Notes under the pieces: model-generated | Database searches by the model: none | What the model was told of the DNA's origin: nothing | Seen by the model: only the letters and a program-made list of their open reading frames with translations | Part shown: positions 57,159 through 64,000 of the stretch, in pieces | How the letters are laid out: each line of letters begins with the position of its first letter | Numbering within the stretch: position 1 is the first letter of the stretch | Assembly: GCA_022711495.1 (NCBI GenBank) | Contig: JAKLEX010000001.1 | Span: forward strand, 225,389-289,388 | DNA: 64,000 bases | Direction of reading: 5' to 3' | DNA from: Patescibacteria group bacterium | GTDB taxonomy: Bacteria; Patescibacteriota; Minisyncoccia; Phycocordibacterales; JAACPR01 | Program-made: the position numbers and the translations under genes

Positions 57159-58061
57159 ATGGATCCAACAAAATCAAAAACGACTGCCAGGGACTTTTTT
57201 ATTTATCTAGGAGTTATTATTGGTCTTTATGTCAGCGTTGTTAATTTAATTAATCTTCTTTTTAGTCTGATAAATAAATGGCTACCGGACGTCAACGACT
57301 ACTTCGCCTCTTTTGATGAAGGCGTGAGGATTGCGCTGGCCATTTTGATTATCTTTTTTCCGGCCTTCCTTTATTTATCTCATCTGGCGACGAAAACTTT
57401 AGTTTCAGCGCCAGAAAAAAAGGAAATGTGGATTCGTCGCTGGTCTTATTTCTTAACCCTCTTTTTGTCTGGTCTAGCGATAGCCATTGACCTCTCGTCC
57501 TTGATTTATCGTTTTATCGGCGGGGAAGATTTAACTCCGCGGTTTTTGTTGAAAACCCTTATCGTTTTTCTGGTAGCTCTAGCCATCTTTCGTTTCTATC
57601 TTTATGAACTTCGTCGAGACGTATCTTTACCAACGCCAAAAAGGAAATACTTGCTGTATACGGTTCTGGTTTTCTTTGTTGTCATTGTGATTGGCTCAAT
57701 TATTTCAATTGGTTCACCGACTCAACAAAGGCAGGCTCGTTTTGATTCAGATCGAATTGAGGATCTAACAAATATTTCGTCGGCGATAACTGATTATTAT
57801 CACCAAAACTCTTCTTTACCAGAAAACCTGGTCACTTTGGCAAAATCGGGCGAATACTATACCACAAACAGTATAAATGATCCGGAGACAGCTGAAGAGT
57901 ATGGGTATATTATCGCTAGCTCAAACAGTTATAAACTGTGCGCAACATTTTCTAGGCCGAGTGAAGTGACAAAGTGGACAAATATCTGGGAACATGGCGC
58001 CGGCCTAACCTGTTTTGAGAGAACGATTGGAGAAGAAGTCCTCCCAAAGGCTGTGAAGTAA
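57159..58061 (+). CDS. Polytopic membrane protein with C-terminal pseudopilin-like extracellular domain
   Basis: About 6 TM helices. C-terminal RQARFDSDRIEDLTNISSAITDYYHQNSSLPENL...C..C segment resembles a type II secretion/type IV pilin globular domain. Confidence 0.45.
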   Translation: MDPTKSKTTARDFFIYLGVIIGLYVSVVNLINLLFSLINKWLPDVNDYFASFDEGVRIALAILIIFFPAFLYLSHLATKTLVSAPEKKEMWIRRWSYFLTLFLSGLAIAIDLSSLIYRFIGGEDLTPRFLLKTLIVFLVALAIFRFYLYELRRDVSLPTPKRKYLLYTVLVFFVVIVIGSIISIGSPTQQRQARFDSDRIEDLTNISSAITDYYHQNSSLPENLVTLAKSGEYYTTNSINDPETAEEYGYIIASSNSYKLCATFSRPSEVTKWTNIWEHGAGLTCFERTIGEEVLPKAVK

Positions 58062-58161
58062 ATCTGACTAATCAAATCCTTGGCTTGGTTTTGGGAAAAA
58101 GAAAACCGCCCCCTGAAGGATTTGGTTTTCCTTGAGAGGGGCGGCACGTTTGTCGGCCGGA

Positions 58162-58428
58162 TTAGTTCGGTTTTATCCAGCCGATCACGTATGAGTGCGA
58201 AGCTCCGGAAGAAACGGATTTGATGCCCAAGTCGATGTATCGGCCATTGTCGGTAAACCCGTGTGCAATTGCTCGCATATCCTTTTCGGAGATCTCGGTT
58301 GGGGGACTTATGAGCCTAACACCGCCAAATTCTTTTCCGCCGTCCGTGTCTTCGAGAACGGCTTGTAAGTTTGAACCGACGAAATAAACCTCGTAACCAG
58401 TTACTTCTGTGAACTTAACAAAGATCAT
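58162..58428 (-). CDS. Hypothetical protein (88 aa, re-assigned start)
   Basis: Shine-Dalgarno AAAGGAGG, 6 nt, then ATG at 58428. The ORF-track start 58467 lies inside the -10 hexamer of the promoter. Confidence 0.4.
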   Translation of the reverse strand: MIFVKFTEVTGYEVYFVGSNLQAVLEDTDGGKEFGGVRLISPPTEISEKDMRAIAHGFTDNGRYIDLGIKSVSSGASHSYVIGWIKPN

Positions 58429-58463
58429 ATCAGCCTCCTTTTTGTGTTCCGGTTTCTGTTCCG

Positions 58464-58492
58464 ACATTACCCTAACTCAACAGGGAAGTCAA
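58464..58492 (-). promoter_or_regulatory. TTGACT-N17-TAATGT promoter
   Basis: Reverse strand TTGACTTCCCTGTTGAGTTAGGGTAATGT. Confidence 0.5.
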
Positions 58493-58495
58493 AGT

Positions 58496-58930
58496 CTATT
58501 TCAACAAAATTGATTTGCTCAATAATTTCTTCACTTCTTCTTTGAATCTTTCATGATCTAAATTATTTTCCCTGGCAATTTCATGGAGCTTGTCTATTTT
58601 TTTCGGATTTCGAACCGCAGAGATATTAGAACCCGGCTTAACTCTATTGCCGGCCTTGCGGAAAAGCTTCCATCTAGAAGTATATTTAGGAAACATGTAT
58701 AGCGATCCCCAGAATAGTTTTAGCTTTCCAAACGGAAAAGTTAGCTCACGATGTCCCGACCATCTGGCTCGAGTGTAAGTATAAACGACATCGGCGAGCT
58801 CACTCCACCGGTGAACAAAGCCCTTTGCTTGTAGTAGTTCCTCATATTCACTCTGAATGTCTTGCTTGTGCCAATCAAGAGAATTCTTTCGCATATTTAA
58901 TTTTGTGTGCCAGGCGTGGAAAATTCCCAT
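58496..58930 (-). CDS. Hypothetical protein
   Basis: 144-aa ORF, basic, no motif recognised. Confidence 0.4.
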   Translation of the reverse strand: MGIFHAWHTKLNMRKNSLDWHKQDIQSEYEELLQAKGFVHRWSELADVVYTYTRARWSGHRELTFPFGKLKLFWGSLYMFPKYTSRWKLFRKAGNRVKPGSNISAVRNPKKIDKLHEIARENNLDHERFKEEVKKLLSKSILLK

Positions 58931-59050
58931 GATGGTGCTGTTATATTTCGATGTCGCATTCTATCATATCTTTCATAAATGTCGGCGATTAAGATTTTCC
59001 ATGCCAAGGTCGGTTAGCATTTTCAAAATTTCTTATTATTATTTTTTCCC

Positions 59051-59102
59051 AAAATAAAAACTCGCTAGCTTAAGGACTTGCCCATTCGTCCTGCTAGCGA
59101 GT
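59051..59102 (-). terminator. Rho-independent terminator (minus strand) ending a ~500-nt ORF-poor transcribed region
   Basis: CTCGCTAGC...GCTAGCGAG compound hairpin followed by a U-run on the minus strand. Confidence 0.5.
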
Positions 59103-59564
59103 TTGATCGGTTGGAATACTTTAACCTCCTTGGTATTTTTCTCCGAAATCTCCGCCCGAGTGCTTCGGTGGGGTTGTAGGCCCGCGTCAAAGTGCTATCT
59201 TCGCCATCTCTTCTAGGTTTACCCTATATCATGATGGTTATCTTCGCACAGCCGATTTTCAGCGACTCCTGCCCGTCTCAGGGGCTGGGTCAGATTTTAG
59301 GAGAACTCTCCGTTGTCGCCAGGCGGCATTCCGATTAGACGGCCGCCGGCGAAAAGGAGAGTCAGTTTCCGTATTCCCGAAGGGCGGCGATGTATTCGCG
59401 GCGCGTTCCCAGGAACAGCGTCCCATCCGGCATCCTCCACAACTCTTTCTTCACTCTGACCTCCTTTTCTTGTTACCGACCATGAACTGAATCATCTGTA
59501 CATATTATAGCAGATATGGGAAATCTGTCAAGTATCGGGTGTCGCAGTTAGATTTTTGAGATAT

Positions 59565-59608
59565 TTAAAAAGAAAAGCCCCATCGCGTTCTTAGAAAGCG
59601 ATGGGGCC
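59565..59608 (-). terminator. Rho-independent terminator (minus strand)
   Basis: GCCCCATCGC-loop-GCGATGGGGC followed by a U-run on the minus strand. Confidence 0.6.
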
Positions 59609-59624
59609 TGGGATTGCCCCGATT

Positions 59625-60407
59625 TCACGTCCCGGCAATTACCTTGGCATTTATGTCGGCCAGTTTCTTTAGGGCGCCGTCGACACCGTTTACCACGAAC
59701 ACGTGTTGGTTACCGACCTCGCTCTTTGTTCGCCAAAGAGTTGAGTGGCTGACCTTCTTGTTCATGATGCACCAATTGCACGACGGGGGAGCTTTCTCCC
59801 GATTCCCCTTACCGCCAAAGACCAACTCCAACTGGAATTCACCGGCTTTTTGTCTGACGGCCTCCTCTTGTTTCGGCAGGAATTCAAGAAGAAGAACTCG
59901 CGGGTGTCGTGTGCGGCCAGATGACTCGCGGATCTTTTCCGCGGACCCATTAGTCGTCGGTTCCGTCGCTAGCGGCTTCGGAACTGCTCCCAAAACCTCG
60001 GACGAAGCTACCGCCAGTTTTTCCAGAATCTTGGGAATCGCGCCTACGACTGGGGCCAGCCGGCGAGCCACAATAATCAACAGCTCTTCGGTCGTGATGC
60101 TCGCCAGAATCTCTTCTCGCGGAGTTTCAACCCGGACTTCTTTTTCGATCTGAATTTCGACGGGGTGGGACAAGCTCTCTAGAAACTCGATTCGAGCTTC
60201 TACGAATCTCTGCGTAAGTTCAGAACTTATACCCCTCCGGCCCGTGATCGTCCGTTGCCGGTGTGCGGGAAGGGTTTTCTGCGCTTCGGCGACGAAACTC
60301 CAAAGGTTACTCGTATCTTCCGTGTAGAGTCGCAAAGCCTCTTCGGCGACCTTATGAATTTCTTCGTCGGTCCAAAAGACTCGCGACTTTCTTTTATCTG
60401 CACTCAT
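59625..60407 (-). CDS. Hypothetical protein, GC-rich (260 aa, re-assigned start)
   Basis: Shine-Dalgarno AGGAGAGAG before ATG 60407. The ORF-track start 60464 is the ATG inside the TAATGTC -10 box. About 58% GC. Confidence 0.45.
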   Translation of the reverse strand: MSADKRKSRVFWTDEEIHKVAEEALRLYTEDTSNLWSFVAEAQKTLPAHRQRTITGRRGISSELTQRFVEARIEFLESLSHPVEIQIEKEVRVETPREEILASITTEELLIIVARRLAPVVGAIPKILEKLAVASSEVLGAVPKPLATEPTTNGSAEKIRESSGRTRHPRVLLLEFLPKQEEAVRQKAGEFQLELVFGGKGNREKAPPSCNWCIMNKKVSHSTLWRTKSEVGNQHVFVVNGVDGALKKLADINAKVIAGT

Positions 60408-60460
60408 GAGCTCTCTCCTGGTTGTTTGTATTTGATCTGTCTGTGTCCAATCTGCCCAGG

Positions 60461-60489
60461 ACATTACAACAACTTGATGGGGAAGTCAA
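60461..60489 (-). promoter_or_regulatory. TTGACT-TCCCCATCAA-N-TAATGT promoter
   Basis: Reverse strand TTGACTTCCCCATCAAGTTGTTGTAATGT. Confidence 0.5.
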
Positions 60490-60514
60490 ATAAAAAACCA
60501 CCCATCTATGTGGG

Positions 60515-60708
60515 TGGCGGGGCTGCCGGGATTTGAACCCGGGACCTCCTCCGTATCACGGAAGCACTCTAACCGCGCCGTACAGCATTTTCCCCGCCGT
60601 GCCCTCGAAAGGACTCTTTTGCAGAAGATTGTTCGCAACGTTACCGGTCATATCGCGGGTCTTGCTGCAATTTGGGACAAACACCGTCCGACTCTGAGCT
60701 ACAGCCCC
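60515..60708 (-). tRNA. tRNA-Ile(GAU)-like gene with ~115-nt insertion in the D-loop region (intron-containing or disrupted), CCA encoded
   Basis: Reverse strand 5' GGGGCUG-UA-GCUC-AG... pairs perfectly with 3' ...CAGCCCC-G-CCA. T arm CCGGG-UUCAAAU-CCCGG. Anticodon arm CUUCC-GUGAUAC-GGAGG (anticodon GAU). Variable loop AGGUC. D-stem 3' half GAGU. Total 194 nt instead of about 77. Confidence 0.55.
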
Positions 60709-60791
60709 TCCATACCTTCTGAAGTGGAAGCCTATATCATCTTAGATTTTGTGTCAACTCGTGCTCTATCGGCTAATTAACGGAGTATAAA

Positions 60792-61166
60792 CTATTCAAA
60801 ATTTAACTTTTTTAACGCTTCAGCTGTTTGGCCGACAATATCGGCCCGATGTCTTTCTATAAAATCAGACGTTAGGTCGTCTTGTGTCAGACCCTCGTCT
60901 TTTAAAATTTTTTCTATAACTCTTGCCACTTCAACTCGGTAAAATCGAGCCAGACAATTCTGTGTTCCAATCCACTGGGTCAATCTTTTATCCTGTTCTG
61001 GTGATCCATGAGGGTTCGTCTGAAGCGAGTCTCCCACTCCATAATAGGCATCTGCGACAGCAAATTGGATTTTCAAGGCAGACTTTGAAATTTTATCTAG
61101 AGATCCGCCCAACCGCGCAAGCCTCACTTCTTCGTCCAGATTTTCTTGTGGCATTTTTTCTATCAT
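60792..61166 (-). CDS. Hypothetical protein
   Basis: 124-aa ORF with TATAAT-type -10 upstream. Confidence 0.4.
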   Translation of the reverse strand: MIEKMPQENLDEEVRLARLGGSLDKISKSALKIQFAVADAYYGVGDSLQTNPHGSPEQDKRLTQWIGTQNCLARFYRVEVARVIEKILKDEGLTQDDLTSDFIERHRADIVGQTAEALKKLNFE

Positions 61167-61322
61167 GATGATTCAAATTATATCAGAAATTTGGTTTAGT
61201 CTAACGAAGGAAGATCAAGCCTGTTTGTGTAAAGGAGTAACAGTGTCTCGTGAGAGTTTTGCTGTATAAAAAAAGAAAACCGCCACCTTTTGGGAAGCGG
61301 TTTTGTTTCCAGCGAGTTCTTT

Positions 61323-61664
61323 TTAACCGATTTGAGCATCAAGTTGTTCCATTACAGCAAGGATAATCATCCCGGTAACCAGAGCATGTATTTTAGGGTC
61401 GTATTCTGATATATCAGAATCTGGAATAATTCCCAGTTTTTCTGGCCCAAAGTTGCCGCTGCGGCAACTTATTTTTAACGTCTTTCTGGAATATATATGC
61501 CCGGGCAGGAACAAGCTGAATCGCACAACATCATTCTCAATTGATTGGAACACCAGATCAAATTCAATGCCCTCAATTGTGACCTTGTAGGATTTCTCCA
61601 ACCGGTTATTAGTCATGGCCACAGCGACTTTTTGCGCGAAGGAACAGGAAAGAGCCTTAATCAT
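61323..61664 (-). CDS. Hypothetical protein
   Basis: 113-aa ORF with TTGACT-N16-TAATAT upstream and a terminator downstream at about 61275-61310. Confidence 0.4.
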   Translation of the reverse strand: MIKALSCSFAQKVAVAMTNNRLEKSYKVTIEGIEFDLVFQSIENDVVRFSLFLPGHIYSRKTLKISCRSGNFGPEKLGIIPDSDISEYDPKIHALVTGMIILAVMEQLDAQIG

Positions 61665-61803
61665 TTCTTATCTCCCTTGTTTTGAAGTTTCTGCTTCTGA
61701 TATTAGTTGCTAAAGATTAAAAGTCAACAAAAAAGAAAACCGCCAGATTTTTCCAGCGGTTTCAAGCCCACATATTTTTTGTCAGGCCACTGATGGCCAT
61801 GTT

Positions 61804-62088
61804 TTAATCGTCGTCTTTTATCAGAATCTTTATGCCGAGTTTTTCCAGGCCCCTTTTTGTCTCTCGCCATCTTTTTTCCATCTCTTCAGGAGACCAGAAA
61901 CTTCCCGGTTTGGCCTCATCGGGCTTTAGGGCCTTTGCAATTGGACTAGATTGAGAATCACTTGAGGCCCTCATCACAGAAATCTTTCTGTTAATTTCCA
62001 CATGCGTTCTGAGAGCCTCTGTCCCATCCAGTTTTTCTCTAACTATCCGTTGTGCCGCCTGGTAAGATCCGCCTAGCCAGATTGACAT
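61804..62088 (-). CDS. Hypothetical protein
   Basis: 94 aa. Shine-Dalgarno AAAGGAG. Promoter with TCCCCATCAA box. Confidence 0.4.
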   Translation of the reverse strand: MSIWLGGSYQAAQRIVREKLDGTEALRTHVEINRKISVMRASSDSQSSPIAKALKPDEAKPGSFWSPEEMEKRWRETKRGLEKLGIKILIKDDD

Positions 62089-62123
62089 AAAAAACTCCTT
62101 TCAATGTTCAGATTTCTATTTTG

Positions 62124-62152
62124 ACATTATATCAGTTTGATGGGGAAGTCAA
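62124..62152 (-). promoter_or_regulatory. TTGACT-TCCCCATCAA-N-TAATGT promoter
   Basis: Reverse strand TTGACTTCCCCATCAAACTGATATAATGT. Confidence 0.5.
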
Positions 62153-62228
62153 TTAAATTAAAAAGGCGAGAAATTGATTTTTATTTTCAATTCCCCGCCT
62201 TGTTGAACTGCGCTTTTACGACGGGAGT

Positions 62229-62441
62229 CTAGCTACCAATATCCGTATCGATGCTCCCATCGTGCCCGATGCTGGTTACGATATGTGCCGGGACGCCATC
62301 CTTCCCGTGATCGAAATGATCCACGATATCGACGTGATCCCCCCGGTGTTGGATCTGCGTCAAGTGATCGGGAGTTCCGATGTTTATCGTCTGCCCGGGA
62401 CCGATACTGCCCAAGTTGGGACCCTGCATTTTGATCACCAT
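62229..62441 (-). CDS. Small His-rich hypothetical protein (possible metal-binding)
   Basis: 70 aa, DHVDIVDHFDHGKDG. GC-rich patch. An overlapping plus-strand 88-aa ORF is the alternative. Confidence 0.25.
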   Translation of the reverse strand: MVIKMQGPNLGSIGPGQTINIGTPDHLTQIQHRGDHVDIVDHFDHGKDGVPAHIVTSIGHDGSIDTDIGS

Positions 62442-62462
62442 CCTTTCTGTGTCTACCGACGT

Positions 62463-62846
62463 TTACCAACCGTAATACTTCTTACTAAAGGCCTTTTCCA
62501 TCTCAGCAATCTTATCTCCAAGTCTTGAGAACTCATCAAACTTACTGCTCATATGCCAGTTTTCATCACCACTCTTTTCCATCTCATTAAGCTCTCTGGA
62601 TATTCGGGCCCGTTCTTTATTGGCCTCATCAATCGCTTTTTGATCCCTTTCTTTTTGCGTCTTACAGTCAGAACAAGTCGTCCAGTTGTCCCCGATTACA
62701 TGAGTCGATTTGCCAGTGTCTTTTTCGCACACCTTGCACTTGATTGGCATCGGCTTTTCAACAATGCGCCCCTCAATTGCTTCCGGTGTCCAGCTTATGT
62801 GTTTTAGTTCCGGTATTGGCGATCCGCTAAACCAGTTTATGCTCAT
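62463..62846 (-). CDS. Zinc-ribbon hypothetical protein
   Basis: CKVCEKD...CSDCK tetracysteine motif. Coiled-coil C-terminus. Confidence 0.4.
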   Translation of the reverse strand: MSINWFSGSPIPELKHISWTPEAIEGRIVEKPMPIKCKVCEKDTGKSTHVIGDNWTTCSDCKTQKERDQKAIDEANKERARISRELNEMEKSGDENWHMSSKFDEFSRLGDKIAEMEKAFSKKYYGW

Positions 62847-63026
62847 CGTCGCCCGTCCTTTCTTTTAAAGAACAGTTATTCTAGTCTAGTAGTAAATCTA
62901 CCACTTTTAATAATTTTGTCTAAATACGGCCGTTATTTTGTATAGTATTTTTATGAACCCCAAGAAAGACTTGATTTATAGCCATATTATAATATAGTAG
63001 AAGTTGACCTTTTTACCGACAAATAT

Positions 63027-63755
63027 ATGATAATAGAAAAATTAAAGTCTTTTGGCCTAACAGAAAAAGAAGCGAAAGTTTACATGGCCATTTTGGAGCT
63101 TGGTGAGACTAACGTCCAAAGAATTTCAAACAAGTCAAAAATCAAACGAACAACCTTATACGATATTTTAGATTTACTAAAGGAAAAGGGGTTGATTAGT
63201 TCAACAATAAAAAATAAGAAAAAATATTTTATAGCGTCTGATCCAAGAGAATTAGAGTCAAAACTTGAAGAAAGAAAAACAACTATTAAGTCAATTATTC
63301 CATATTTGCTCTCGATAACTAATTTGATTGATAACAAACCGAAAATTAGATTTTTTGAAGGGGATGAGGGGATAAAGGAAATCTATCTAGATACTCTAAA
63401 ATATCCAGATAATCCGATTTGGGCTTGGGTAACAGAAGAAATTTGGCAAGTTATTGACCAAGACTTTATTGATTATTATCTGAACCAGAGAGTTAAGAAA
63501 AAAATTTGGGCCTATGTTATCGCGCCAGACAAAGAACAGATTCAAACATATAAATCAGAGGATTCAAGATTTTTACGACAAACTAGAATAGATCGTGGTG
63601 AAGGATTTAGTATTCAGGTTGAAATAGATCTATATGGAGAGAATAAAATCGGTGTTATGGCTTTTAAGGAAAAAATTGGGCTGATAATCGAAAGTCAAAA
63701 GATTTTTAATACTCTAAAAAGCATTTTTGATTCCGCTTGGCGAAATTTGGAGTAG
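63027..63755 (+). CDS. TrmB-family transcriptional regulator (winged HTH)
   Basis: N-terminal LKSFGLTEKEAKVYMAILELGETNVQRISNKSKIKRTTLYDILDLLKEKGLI matches the TrmB HTH pattern. Confidence 0.65.
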   Translation: MIIEKLKSFGLTEKEAKVYMAILELGETNVQRISNKSKIKRTTLYDILDLLKEKGLISSTIKNKKKYFIASDPRELESKLEERKTTIKSIIPYLLSITNLIDNKPKIRFFEGDEGIKEIYLDTLKYPDNPIWAWVTEEIWQVIDQDFIDYYLNQRVKKKIWAYVIAPDKEQIQTYKSEDSRFLRQTRIDRGEGFSIQVEIDLYGENKIGVMAFKEKIGLIIESQKIFNTLKSIFDSAWRNLE

Positions 63756-63787
63756 GGGTTTACGAAGGTTTTAATTCGGGAGCCAAT

Positions 63788-63988
63788 CTATTTATCTCCC
63801 AGATATTTACTTGCGATACTAAGAGCAAAAGATGGGAGGATAATAAATACACATGCCATTATTATTTTTATAAGCGTTTGATTTATAGGGGCGTTATCGT
63901 TTGGTCCTCCAAATATAACTAAAGAGAGACCGGCAATCCCGAAAGCGATTGATGCCAATATAAATATACGAGTTGAAATTTTCTGCAT
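63788..63988 (-). CDS. Small membrane protein, hypothetical (near window edge)
   Basis: 66 aa with 2 TM helices. Confidence 0.25.
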   Translation of the reverse strand: MQKISTRIFILASIAFGIAGLSLVIFGGPNDNAPINQTLIKIIMACVFIILPSFALSIASKYLGDK

Positions 63989-64000
63989 AGAAATATTATA

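Noticed and set aside
58857-59057. 66-aa plus-strand ORF
   Set aside because: It lies across the promoter/5' region and terminator of minus-strand genes, has an AT-rich junk-like sequence and no Shine-Dalgarno site.
60515-60708. tmRNA interpretation of the tRNA-like locus (5' GGGGCUG..., tRNA-like 3' end with CCA)
   Set aside because: The locus has a complete anticodon arm (anticodon GAU), which tmRNA lacks. No credible tag-peptide reading frame ends in Ala-Ala-stop. At 194 nt it is too short for tmRNA.
53300-63000. Prophage or integrative element with integrase next to the tRNA
   Set aside because: No integrase, recombinase, transposase, capsid or terminase-like ORF could be recognised. 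Only the shared promoter motif and compositional heterogeneity support foreign origin. It is therefore reported as an accessory island rather than a mobile element.

Overview
This 64-kb window looks like a chromosome segment from a small-genome, low-GC (~40%) bacterium, most plausibly a Patescibacteria/CPR-type organism; the lineage call is inference only. Supporting observations are compact same-strand gene arrays, many secreted or membrane hypotheticals, type IV pilin, and peptidoglycan synthesis alongside a phosphoketolase/acetate-kinase fermentation module. Confident core genes are lysS, murC, murD, a NUDIX hydrolase, a P2-type cation ATPase, xfp-ackA and a MacAB-like adaptor/permease/ATPase triplet. 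Others are cspA, mscL, a VanY-like M15 peptidase, a glycogen cluster (HAD hydrolase, short alpha-glucan phosphorylase, glgA, GH57), an MFS transporter, two tandem M14 carboxypeptidases, guaC, a sensor histidine kinase and a TrmB-type regulator. Several things stand out. (1) A four-member paralogous family of secreted proteins combines a peptidoglycan-binding N-domain with long polyanionic Asp/Glu repeat arrays (7678-13382 and 46761-48563). One member carries an embedded SGNH/GDSL esterase domain and another a Cys-rich C-terminal domain. The last 255 bp of two paralogs are near-identical. (2) Three GC-rich (55-60%) patches (2846-5700, parts of 53.3-56.1 kb, 59.1-60.5 kb) carry sigma70-like -35/-10 boxes and strong Shine-Dalgarno sites. 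Many core genes instead have a TGnTATAAT/TATACT box only 4-12 nt upstream of the start codon, i.e. a leaderless layout. (3) An accessory stretch (about 53.3-62.9 kb) of small hypothetical genes shares a TTGACT-N17-TAATGT promoter, two copies with an identical TCCCCATCAA spacer box. It sits next to a tRNA-Ile(GAU)-like gene whose D-loop appears interrupted by a ~115-nt insertion. No CRISPR array, rRNA, transposase or integrase gene was recognised. Several ORF-track start codons were re-assigned where a -10 box or an alternative TTG was mistaken for the start.
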